A stretch of 63,092 nt of DNA, counting the filler, from Stramenopiles sp. TOSAG23-6 (taxonomy: Eukaryota): NCBI GenBank assembly GCA_900128565.1. It is 10 parts of 10 records of this genome, joined end to end, with 100 filler letters (N's around TTAATTAATTAA, not from the genome) between each part and the next. Parts side by side here need not be neighbours in the genome. Positions count along the whole stretch, not along the records: positions 25,327 to 31,554 come from LT636750.1; positions 31,655 to 37,873 come from LT636751.1; 8 more parts are not named here. One strand, written 5' to 3'. Under the pieces are notes generated by a model that saw nothing but the letters and a program-made list of their open reading frames with translations, was not told where the DNA came from and did not search any database. The position numbers and the translations under genes are program-made. Shown here one piece after another: positions 25,380-35,443 of the stretch; within the stretch, counting starts at the first letter, position 1, and every line of letters begins with the position of its first letter.

Positions 25380-26814
25380 GTGTTTGCGGATGGTAGGATT
25401 AGTGTTACTTGGGAAGCAGATGGTTCCATCAGTGAAATGGAGTGCAATTCTGCCAATGTCTTACCAAATGATTGGGATAAATGGATGGATTATGACAACG
25501 ATGGATGGGTTGATGGATTGTGGGTTCGTTGTGTTGATGATGAAGATAGACTATATTATTTTAATACAGCTACTGAAGAGACACAGTGGAATAAGCCAAT
25601 TTTGGACATAGAAAATAGCGATTACATGTCTGACAGTTCACTGGAATATTTACACCAGAAATCCAAAGAAAACAAAGCAATTGTTGCATTTGCAGAATGG
25701 GCACCAGTACCTGACGAAGAGGAAGACGTCGAAAATACCAAAGTAAACGTAAATTCTGAAGTAGACGTACAAGAAGCAGCAGGTACAACCAGTACAGAAG
25801 AAATTGCGGTATCAATGACTGAATCAATTCCTGAGAATGATTTAGGAATTGTGCGATCTATTGCGGCATATAATCCAAATATAGAAGACAATAGAGAAGA
25901 AACTGTTAATGGTGAAGATGGTGATGCCGGAGGAAGTTTACACGAATTGCATCTTCGTGAAAACGATCTTATTCGTGTATTTCATCAACAGGAAGATGGA
26001 TGGTGGTATGGCCAGCGTTGTTCAGGAACAGCTGTAGATTATAAAGATGATCAAGAAAACGACAAAAAGACTAATGAAAACGTTGATGAAAAAGATGACC
26101 AAAATTATATATCTAGTGGTAGCGATTTTGGTTGGTTTCCATCAACATATGTTGAATGGGTTGAAGAGGTCGGTGAGGTTGTTGCTGTAGCAGATTATGT
26201 TCCTGACTCAGGTTTAGAAATGCAATTACTATTATCGGAGGGCGATAGAGTCAGAGTACTACAACAAGAAGATAGTGGCTGGTGGCATGGAATGAATCAA
26301 TTTGGTGTATGTGGTTGGTTTCCATCTACATTTACATCATGGTGTGAATATGATGAAGAAGAGTCATATAATAATGATGTTACTGTTGATAATACAAATA
26401 TGAAAGACTCTATAAAAGTGAATAGATTACATAATATTGATGATTATAATCAACCACAAGAAATAGAAAGTGATACAGATAGCGAATCGTCAAGTTATGA
26501 GGAAGACAGTAATTCTCTTAAAACTATGCAATTTAGTGTGAATGAAGTAGTTGAATCTAGATTTAGAGGTAAAGACCGTTGGTATATGTACGTTTTCATC
26601 ACGATTTGTTTTTTTTTTTCGTACCAAATGTTGTACCTAACGAATTTTTATCCAAAACAAAAATATCTCTTCACAATACATTGGTAAAGTTGTAACAGTC
26701 AACCGAAACTCATATGATATTTTGTATGATGATGGGGACCTTGAAAAAACTGTTAATCTAGATTATGTTCGACCTCGTGGGACGAAAACAGCACAAGAGT
26801 TGAGAGTAGAGTAG
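25380..26814 (+). CDS. WW + two SH3 + Tudor/Agenet-like domain protein, 5' partial; exons 25380-26587, 26682-26814
   Basis: WW (WVRCVDDEDRLYYFNTATEETQWNKP); SH3 x2 (GWWYG..GWFPSTYV, GWWHG..GWFPSTF); spliced C-terminus RWY-I-GKVVTVNRNSYDILYDDGDLEKTV is Tudor-like. Confidence 0.8.
26588..26681 (+). other. GT-AT intron, 94 nt, phase 2
   Basis: TAT AT|GTACGTTTT..TACCTAAC..CACAATACAT|T GGT; no AG between branch motif and junction. Confidence 0.87.
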
Positions 26815-26896
26815 TGAATGAACATTTTTGAAATAATTTTTTAAGAAATTTAGTTGATTTTTCACTACAATAAATGCATGATACAAATAAAAAAGT

Positions 26897-27802
26897 TTAT
26901 TTTAAACCTAAAATCCATTCTAGTTCCTGAGAAGTGAAATCATCCCCTAAATCATCTGTTATTTTAAAATGTGACTTTACTAAGGTATCACCATTGTAGA
27001 TATTTATTGCAGGACATAAAATTGGGTCAAAGTCGTGCATCGCTTCACTGCCACGGAGAGAAATAAACCGCAGCTGTGGATGACGAATAGCCAATTCTCT
27101 AAAATGTGCATTTACTAAACGACAAGTGGATAAACTTCCATCATATATATGAACTATAACTGTAGTCGGTGGCGATAATTTTTGCGCAGACGCTAATTCC
27201 TTAAGAAATTGGTCACCGTTAACCTCGTTACTTTCGCCATATTGCTGTGCGGCGGCTGCCCATTTCATTTCTCGAAGTCGACGTTCACGAAAGTTTCTAA
27301 AAAAAGTGTCGTCAGAGTCCTCTGAGTCACTACTACTATTCCTCGTGTAATCTGGAAAACGCCTTGCATTGTCGCCATTTATTATATTTTCAATGACAAG
27401 TCCACGTTTATCACCTGTTGATGAAAATGACGTAGACGGAGTCGTGTCAACCACACCTCTCGTGAGTTCTTCCATTCTATTCAATCTCAGCTCTCTGTCA
27501 CGCTTCATCTGGATTCGCATTCGTAATTTTGCATCTTTATAATCAGCAATCACACCTTTTGGTCCAGTCTGGTGTCTATCTCTTATAATTCTATTACTTG
27601 GATTATTCATACTTATTGAAGAACTGCCATCCGAATTATTCAAAACGAATTCTTCGCTTCCTTCATTATATCCTTCCTCCGCCTCCACAGCGGTGTCTTC
27701 TTCATCACTATCGTTTTTGTGTAGATCTTCGTCTCCATCAAGTTCATCTTTTAAATCTTTGAAGAGATATTTTTTCTCTAGCCCAACAAGTTCACTTCCC
27801 AT
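26897..27802 (-). CDS. Phosducin-like protein (PhLP1/PDCL-like), intronless
   Basis: QTGPKGVIADY motif, RERRLREMK helix, C-terminal thioredoxin-like fold (VIVHIY..C..VN..L). Confidence 0.85.
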   Translation of the reverse strand: MGSELVGLEKKYLFKDLKDELDGDEDLHKNDSDEEDTAVEAEEGYNEGSEEFVLNNSDGSSSISMNNPSNRIIRDRHQTGPKGVIADYKDAKLRMRIQMKRDRELRLNRMEELTRGVVDTTPSTSFSSTGDKRGLVIENIINGDNARRFPDYTRNSSSDSEDSDDTFFRNFRERRLREMKWAAAAQQYGESNEVNGDQFLKELASAQKLSPPTTVIVHIYDGSLSTCRLVNAHFRELAIRHPQLRFISLRGSEAMHDFDPILCPAINIYNGDTLVKSHFKITDDLGDDFTSQELEWILGLK

Positions 27803-28069
27803 TGGATGAGTGTAGTATCCTTCAGTTAGTTCTTGATACTAACTACTAGTATCCTTCACTCCCCGGGAGATAAGATCAGATCTTTTCGACCGTTTACAAA
27901 TCGGGCAAAAACGTTTGCCGTTTTTGCAAAAAAAATGACCTGATTTGATTCAAATTTTATGAATTTCCAATTGTAGTTTGAAATTTTTGAATATTTTGAC
28001 TATTTTTTTGGATCTTTGTCGAAATCTGAATGGAATTTTCGGGGTTTGGAGGAATAATGGAAAAAAATT

Positions 28070-28520
28070 CATGATTTCATCCATCTTTCAATGATGATAT
28101 CACAAAAATGCGATTAAATTTTGACTATTTTTTTGATTTTTGATTAAAACAGTAAATGTAGCTTTAAATTTTCATGATGTCATCCAAATTTCAATTGATT
28201 TTTTTATCATTTCAAGAAAAATAATATGATTTCATTCAAATTTCGATTGATTTTTTATATATTTTTTGATTTTTGAGTGAAAAATAACGTAAAACATTGA
28301 TTTCATTCAAATTTCGATTGATTTTTTATGATTTCAGGAAAATTTGATAATTTTTTCGATTTTTCAGATTTTTTGGTGAAAAATAACATAAAATATTGAT
28401 TTCATTCAAATTTCGACTGATTCTTTCATAATTTCACAAAAATCTGATTATTTTTCCGATTTTTGAGTAGATCGTGAAAAATAAGATAAAATATTCATGA
28501 TTTCATCCAAATTACTAACA
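28070..28520. repeat. Degenerate AT-rich tandem repeat (GATTTCATTCAAATTTCGATTGATTTTTT core) in a ~1.4 kb non-coding tract
   Basis: Core recurs near 28175, 28229, 28299, 28398, 28497. Confidence 0.6.
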
Positions 28521-29779
28521 AATCCTTAACAATTTTTTAGCAAATTTATTGAAATTAAAATGAAATTTTCAAATATTTGAGTAAATGACGAATTTTCAGG
28601 ATTTTATCCAAATTTGGAATGATTCGGTATAATTTGAGAAAAATGCAATTATTTTGGATATTTTTTCAACAAAACTCGAAAAATTTGATTCTATATCCAA
28701 AATAATTCGATTTTATCGGATGTTTGGCCATTTTTTACAGATAATTGTCGAAAATCTGATTGAAAATCCGCTTTTTTTTTAGATTTTGGTCGGAAATCTC
28801 ATTCCATATTTGATTTCATCGGATTGTTTCGCTATATTTTTAGAGTTTTAGTCGAAATCTGGAATGAATGTGATTTCACCGGATTTTTCAGAATCTTGGC
28901 CATTTTTCTAAGATTTTTTCAAAATTTTGTAAAATATTTTTTGATTTTGACCAAATCGAAAAGTTGGACGAAAATTTCGATTGTACCGATTTTTCATTTT
29001 GGTAAGAAATTGGCTGTTTTTTTTCTTTTTTTTCTCGTCATGTGAAAATTTTCGAAATTTTTTGGCACCACCCGGCACATTTTTTTTCGATTTTTTTTTT
29101 TTTTTTCGAAATTTGAAATCGCGCGCGCGATTTTTACTAAACTTTGGCCGGAAATTTCGGAAATCCTGCGCGAAAAGTGAAGAATCTTCTTGGGTCACGA
29201 AAAAAAAATTTTTTTTGGTTTTATTTTGGAAAAAAATGTAAACGCCTGGAACGACGTTTTTTTTCGCTTTCGAGACGTTTTCGCTGTAAAATCCGCGTTA
29301 TTTTCCTTTACAACAATGCCAAAAAATACTAAATATAGTGATGAAACTAATAATTTAGCATGATATCCGTATATAAACTACCTTATTGGTACTCTTGATT
29401 GTTTTTAAAGCTTTTCGAGGATTTCAGGTTTGATAAAAAATATAATCGTTTACAATTTTGTTGACCTCATGGAGCTCATGGAGCCTCGGTTCGCATGAAA
29501 ATGGTTCTGACAGCACAGATGATAAAAAAATAACACAAGATTAACAAAATAACTTGTACAAGGACATATATAGAAACAATTCTCGTTTATTGTATATAAA
29601 ATAATATAATATAACCAATAGTATTCCCATTTTTTTCATATATAATATAAGTTCGAACGAATTTGTGCAAGCACGAACTTATCAAACAACATCACCGTAT
29701 AAATATGTACATTCCCCCTCCTCGTGTTGCTTTCATGGTGCAACACATTAGCGATGTTGTATAAGTCCCCGAAGGGAGC

Positions 29780-30359
29780 TTATTTCTTTGCAGCCTTGCG
29801 TCTGCGTGGGCTAGCAGCTTTGCGTTTGCGTTTACGGCGGCGTTTTGGAGCAGCGCGTTTCTTGGTTGCTGCGCGTCTCTTTGCCTTGCGTCTCTTTTTG
29901 GTAGCTGCGCGGCGCTTGGTTGCCTTGCGTCGTTTTTTGGTTGCTGCGCGTTTCTTTGATGCCTTGCGTCTGCGTTCTATGTTGTGAAAAATATTCAAGA
30001 AAAGATAAAAATGAGAACTTCCGTTACACTTGTCATGGGGGTTCGCGAAGTGTTACAAAACACGTAAAAAAAATGTGTGGGACAATAGAAATTAAAACCA
30101 AACACAAAGGGTATGATGTAATATCACGTTAAAAACACTTTACAATGAAAATGAATGTTTTTCCTTCGTGCAAAAAAAAAATATCGGGAAATGAAGTTCG
30201 GGAAATTTGCGTGTTGTTCCATGACAACTTACTTGGTGCAGCACGGCGTTTGGAAGCAGCCTTGCGTCGTTTTGGTGCAGCACGGCGCTTGCGTGCGACC
30301 TTCTTGCGGCTCTTTGCAGCAGATTTGCGTGCGCGGGTCTTGGATCTTGTTTTTACCAT
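29780..30359 (-). CDS. Small Lys/Arg/Ala-rich basic protein (histone H1-like / protamine-like, no globular domain), 107 aa; exons 30359-30233, 29976-29780
   Basis: MVKTRSKTRARKSAAK..RRAAP-K-RRRKASKKRAATKK..SPRRRKAAKK*; joined in frame by a GT-AG intron. Confidence 0.8.
29977..30232 (-). other. Canonical GT-AG spliceosomal intron, 256 nt, phase 1
   Basis: CCA A|GTAAGT..GTGTAAC..GAATATTTTTCACAACATAG|AA CGC; only the AG keeps the basic reading frame. Confidence 0.82.
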
Positions 30360-30808
30360 TTTTATGAACTTTGTTTTTGCTTTTTGAAGAACTGTTGAGC
30401 TTTTGTTACTTTTGTACAAGGAAACAAACAAACAAAAGAAAGAGGCGGCTTGGCGTTAAAGAAAGATTTTTAAGAAACGCCACTTTTCTTCCGTAACAGA
30501 CATGTTTACGCTTTAAGTAACAAAATTTGGTACGAATTTTTCCCAAAGAAGTTTCCGGGTAACAAAAAGAAGTTTCGGGTAACAAAATATAAACCGCCCT
30601 TGAACGCGTTATTATATCTCAACGGCTGGTTTTAACCCTAACCCTAGGTAATCCTTTGCGTGTTTCGCTCATTTTTTTTCGACTGACTACCTAAAAAAAC
30701 AAAAGTACTTTAAGTACTTTCCCCAAACCTCGCGTACAAATTTACCACAAAAGGCAGGAGTTGTGACTTTACATTAAATAATAGCTAGATCCTAGAGAAT
30801 ATACAGAA

Positions 30809-31468
30809 ATGGATATCGATGGTGGGGGTGGAGTGGTTGATGATTTGTCAGTAAAAATGCAGTGTATTCCGGCAACACCAGACTCACAAATAGAGGATCG
30901 AATGGACACTGATTTTGATAGTAGACCCTGGTGGCCAACAGGAAACTGCCAAGTCTATTCTCAATCACACGCTCGTTTTGTCCATGATCCTCAAATCAAG
31001 TTAACCCCTCTAGAATGTGATGTTTTTGGTATTATCCGTGAAGCAATTAGTTTAGGTAATACTGGGACTGTGGCCCGTTGTGCTGGTGGATGGGTTCGTG
31101 ATAAGTTGCTTGGCAAAAGTAGTGATGACATTGATATTGCTCTAAACAATATGAAAGGTACAGAGTTTGCTTCACTTGTGCAACAAGTAATTCGTGGTCG
31201 TCTAGGAGAAGAAAGTGTAGATCGGGTACATACTATCAAGGCTAATCCAAGTCAATCGAAACATTTGGAAACTGCAACAATGTACGTTTTTCAAAATTGA
31301 ATTCTTTACCTACATTTATTTTTTTTTTACTACAAAATTTCGTACCTAACACATTCCAATTCTATATTTTTTTTAACAATCCATGCGAGTTTTAGGTATT
31401 GACGTAGATTTTGTACATTTAAGAACTGAGACTTATACAAAAGGTTCACGAATCCCATTGATAAACAT
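30809..31468 (+). CDS. CCA1: tRNA nucleotidyltransferase (CCA-adding enzyme), 3' partial; exons 30809-31281, 31385-31468
   Basis: RCAGGWVRDKLLGKSSDDIDIAL; splicing gives SKHLETATM-RVLGIDVDFVHLRTETYTKGSRIP. Confidence 0.9.
31282..31384 (+). other. GT-AT intron, 103 nt, phase 2
   Basis: ACA AT|GTACGTTTT..TACCTAAC..AACAATCCAT|G CGA; first downstream AG is out of frame. Confidence 0.87.
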
Positions 31469-31554
31469 GAACGTTTTATTTTTTTCAATTTCGAATTTAT
31501 TTTTTTCGTACGAAATTTTGTACCTAACAAATTTAAGTTTTTTTTTTTGAAATA
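31469..31554 (+). other. Family intron with GA donor, 3' end truncated
   Basis: AAC AT|GAACGTTTT..TTTCGTACGAAATTTTGTACCTAAC. Confidence 0.7.
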
Positions 31555-31654
31555 NNNNNNNNNNNNNNNNNNNNNNNNNNNNNNNNNNNNNNNNNNNNTT
31601 AATTAATTAANNNNNNNNNNNNNNNNNNNNNNNNNNNNNNNNNNNNNNNNNNNN

Positions 31655-31731
31655 TTTCTAATTTAATTTTTTTTTCATACGAAATTTCGTACCTAACGAT
31701 TTTTTTTTTGAAATATTTTTCCAAAATACAT
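31655..31731 (+). other. Family intron 3' part (mirror copy at 37797-37873, - strand) before a probable terminal exon of an unknown gene
   Basis: TACCTAAC..AAATATTTTTCCAAAATACAT|G. Confidence 0.72.
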
Positions 31732-31962
31732 GTGGACGTTTAAAAGTCGAATAAATACGAGGCCTCGATCGTATGCTCGTGGGGAATCTGGTTGGATTCC
31801 AAGCAAATTTGAAAAAGAAATGTTGACATCAAGTGAGTCAAAAATCGAAACTTCTGCAAGCAAAATAGCTCAGTCGTTAGATTTTAAAGTCAACTATACT
31901 ATTGGAATTCCATCTATAATATGTGTAGTAAGTTAAGTATGATAGTTTGTAATGATAACTTT

Positions 31963-32098
31963 ATTTGTGTTTGTAATTATAATTATATTTGTGTCTGATA
32001 ATTATAATTATATTTGTGTCTGATAATCATGTTTGTGTCTGATAATTATATTTGTGTCTGATAATTATATTTGTGTCTGATAATTATATTTGTGTCTG
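31963..32098. repeat. 19-bp tandem repeat (CAGACACAAATATAATTAT) overlapping the hydrolase stop codon; mirror at ~37430-37565
   Basis: About 6-7 degenerate copies. Confidence 0.85.
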
Positions 32099-34084
32099 AG
32101 AAGCTTTAATGATATTTGCTATAGTCTCTGAAGAGTAAATAAAATCACCATGTATACTATTGGGTCTCCAAACAACTTTTACTATCGATGACAAATCTTC
32201 ATTTGACTTATTTTTTATTCTACTCTTGTTTTTATATCCATCTTGTAAATATTCTCGAACATCAGCAGAAGGAACAATATTATCATCTCCACCAAGAAAA
32301 ACTGTTGTTGTTGATGATTTTGTAATTTGTTCATTCATACAATTTGACACAACATTTTTTTGTCTTTTTTGTCTTTTTTGTCTCTCATTACCGTTTACTA
32401 CAGAGTATTGTCTCTGATGTATTTCATAAAGATCCTCTAGAAATAAAACATTCTCAAACCAATCAAATTTATGGGACAAAATAGTTGCTAATCGTTTTTC
32501 AGTTGTAAAAAAATAATGTGAAAAATATTCATATGTATTTCGAGGTTGTCTAAAAAGTACATTGATACAAACATTGTGATGATACAGTAGAAAACAGACA
32601 GGATCAATAAATACAGCTCGACAAATTCTTTCTGGTTTTGCTTTGATTAACCAGGACATAGGTATTGAACCAAATGAGTGGCCTATTGCAGATATTTTTT
32701 GATTATCATGACCATGTTTCTCAAGCATTGTCAAAACAGCAGACACTAAAGCAGCAGGAGGTAATGCATCACCTTCATCATCATTAGACAATCGTAATGA
32801 AATCGATGAATTTTCCACTAGAAATACATCTCTTTCAACAACTCCATTATTTACTACATGTAACCCTTTGATAAGTTTTGTATAGATAGAAAATCCTATA
32901 CCAAGACCATGAAAGAATATTGCTGGAGAAATTTTTATCTCATTCTTTTCAATATTGTTTTGTGTTTCAGTTGTACCAGCTTTTCTGTACCAATAAATCA
33001 TTTCAAATTCTACATTTGATACATTTTGTACAGCTGTACTTTTTATATCGGGAAGAATAGGAATAGATATCTTAACAGTTTCACGAGTATAACCAAGCAT
33101 TAATTGAAATATCATAGGCTCAATTACATATTGCATCATAAGATGAGAAAAACCATATAAAAATAAAGGTCGAGGTAAAGAATGTATAGCTTCTATACCA
33201 TGTCGTATTGGACGTGAATATTTAAGAGGTGAACATGATTTTACTTGAGTTCGTTTATCATTTGTCATTGCTGAAATGATTTGATTATTCGCAATAGTCT
33301 CTGTATTGCAAAACAAGTGTTGTTTGGTCTCTTCAACACTACCAAAATCGATAGAACCAATATTTTCACTACCATTTGCAATACACTCAATATCATCTAC
33401 TACTTTTGATATCGTATTCTGTAATACACTGTCATGTACACAATGGATTCCATTTCTTGAATTACTTCGCCAATCAATTCGTATTTGGAACAAAGTCCAT
33501 GCTATAAATGATTCTATCCCAGAACGTGTAAGGCAGTCATATGATTTTCCTCCAAACCAACCTTCTAACCAAGATCTCATCTTTACAGGTGTTCCAACTG
33601 AAGAAAGCATCTTTTTCCAATATTGCATACTAACACTATATGGAAAACGTGATAATGATGAAAATCTACGAACACCTTTTGTAACATTTTTGTCCATCAA
33701 AGTGTCGTTCAGTTTTCGTTTCCACACCCAACGCTGATACACGAGGTAAAATATACACTCCAGTAAACTAAAACATTTAATGAAGGATGTAATCCCACTC
33801 GGCCATAGATTTTTGAATACATTACGCCGTGATATATTGGTTGTTTTAAATTTATATTTCTTCAACCATAAAACTAATTTGCGGACCCAATAGAATGTCG
33901 AGAGTGGACCAACACTCTGTAAAATAACAATGACCGATTTCAATACAAAACAAGCAACAGTAGAAGATGACGTGGTTGAAATATTCTTATGAATTCCATT
34001 ATTTCTTTTAGTTACAGGAGACTCAACTCTTGCTCGATCCATAGGTGTCTGCATACTGTTACGTTGATTACTTGTATGATCCAC
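32084..34084 (-). CDS. Alpha/beta-hydrolase fold protein, intronless (first ATG about 10 codons in)
   Basis: FFHGLGIG, nucleophile elbow IGHSFGS, FIDPVCF, LGGDDNIV, C-terminal HG. Confidence 0.8.
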   Translation of the reverse strand: MDHTSNQRNSMQTPMDRARVESPVTKRNNGIHKNISTTSSSTVACFVLKSVIVILQSVGPLSTFYWVRKLVLWLKKYKFKTTNISRRNVFKNLWPSGITSFIKCFSLLECIFYLVYQRWVWKRKLNDTLMDKNVTKGVRRFSSLSRFPYSVSMQYWKKMLSSVGTPVKMRSWLEGWFGGKSYDCLTRSGIESFIAWTLFQIRIDWRSNSRNGIHCVHDSVLQNTISKVVDDIECIANGSENIGSIDFGSVEETKQHLFCNTETIANNQIISAMTNDKRTQVKSCSPLKYSRPIRHGIEAIHSLPRPLFLYGFSHLMMQYVIEPMIFQLMLGYTRETVKISIPILPDIKSTAVQNVSNVEFEMIYWYRKAGTTETQNNIEKNEIKISPAIFFHGLGIGFSIYTKLIKGLHVVNNGVVERDVFLVENSSISLRLSNDDEGDALPPAALVSAVLTMLEKHGHDNQKISAIGHSFGSIPMSWLIKAKPERICRAVFIDPVCFLLYHHNVCINVLFRQPRNTYEYFSHYFFTTEKRLATILSHKFDWFENVLFLEDLYEIHQRQYSVVNGNERQKRQKRQKNVVSNCMNEQITKSSTTTVFLGGDDNIVPSADVREYLQDGYKNKSRIKNKSNEDLSSIVKVVWRPNSIHGDFIYSSETIANIIKASQTQI

Positions 34085-34396
34085 ACACCCGTAGCTTCGA
34101 AAACTAGTAGAAGGTAGAAATAGAGGAGTCTCTGTTTTTCAAGTCAGTAAGTCGTACACACAGAAATAATAGTCGTCGTGTAGTAGTCAGTTGAGAAATT
34201 CGATTTTTCGAAACAAAATTGAAAAAATTGTGTTTTTCGTGCGCGTGCAACTTTTTTTAACGGTTGTGAAACGGTTGATCCAATATGTGTATATATGGGT
34301 GATACTAACTAGTATTTATTGGTATTTTTCTATTCATCAGGGAAATCTTTGAAAGGTTTCGAATTGCGTTTCTACCGGTTCAACTTTCTTAGAAGC

Positions 34397-35063
34397 ATGA
34401 ACCGCTATAAGGTTACAAAAAAACTTGGGGATGGCGCGTATGGTTCAGTTCTGAAAGCGGTGAATCATCAGACAGGCGAAGTTGTGGCTATTAAAAAAAT
34501 GAAGAAAAAGTTCTATACATGGGAAGAATGTATGCAATTACGGGAAGTAAAATCTCTTAAAAAATTAAACCATCCTAATATAATCAAACTAAAAGAAGTA
34601 ATTCGTGAAAATGATGAGTTATTTTTTGTTTTCGAGTTCATGGAAGATAACTTGTACCAATATGCTAAATCGCGCGATAAGCATTTTCCTGAGTCTCATA
34701 TACGGAGTATAATCTACCAAGTACTACAGGGATTAGCTTTTATGCACAAGCATGGTTTTTTTCATCGTGATGTAAAACCTGAAAATCTATTAATTAGAGG
34801 AGAAACCTGTAAAATTGGTGACTATGGTCTGGCTCGAGAAATTAGATCTCGTCCTCCATTCACAGAATATGTTTCTACACGCTGGTATAGAGCTCCTGAA
34901 GTATTACTACGATCTACTACATATAATTCACCTATTGATCAATGGGCATGTGGTTGTATTCTGGCAGAATTATTTACGTTACGTCCCTTATTTCCTGGAA
35001 CTAGTGAATCTGACCAACTTTATAAGATATGTTCAGTATTTGGATCTCCAACAGAAAAGTCTT
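34397..35063 (+). CDS. MAK/ICK-like (RCK family) Ser/Thr kinase, 3' truncated
   Basis: [56 protein letters not shown]. Confidence 0.9.
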
Positions 35064-35114
35064 GTATGTTTTCAAAATTGAATTTCAAATTTTTTTTTTG
35101 TACCAAATGTTGTA
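35064..35114 (+). other. Family intron 5' part, interrupted by the inversion junction
   Basis: TCT T|GTATGTTTT..TGTACCAAATGTTGTA, then switches to the reverse copy. Confidence 0.7.
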
Positions 35115-35443
35115 ACCTTATAGCGGTTCATGCTTCTAAGAAAGTTGAACCGGTAGGAACGCAATTCGAAACCTTTCAAAGATTTCTCTGATGAATAGAA
35201 AAATACCAATAAATACTAGTTAGTATCACCCATATATACACATATTGGATCAACCGTTTCACAACCGTTAAAAAAAGTTGCACGCGCACGAAAAACACAA
35301 TTTTTTCAATTTTGTTTCGAAAAATCGAATTTCTCAACTGACTACTACACGACGACTATTATTTCTGTGTGTACGACTTACTGACTTGAAAAACAGAGAC
35401 TCCTCTATTTCTACCTTCTACTAGTTTTCGAAGCTACGGGTGT

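Noticed and set aside
28824-29332. Short F/K-rich ORFs, and F/K-rich ORF termini elsewhere (e.g. 52-109, 575-670)
   Set aside because: Translations of poly-T/poly-A non-coding or intronic sequence; most other short antisense ORFs in the track are shadows of real genes.
31963-32098. CRISPR-like short repeat array
   Set aside because: Contiguous 19-bp minisatellite without unique spacers, in a eukaryotic 3' region; no cas genes.
34810-34835. DYG in place of DFG in the MAK-like kinase
   Set aside because: Conservative substitution with the catalytic Asp retained; too weak to call a pseudokinase.
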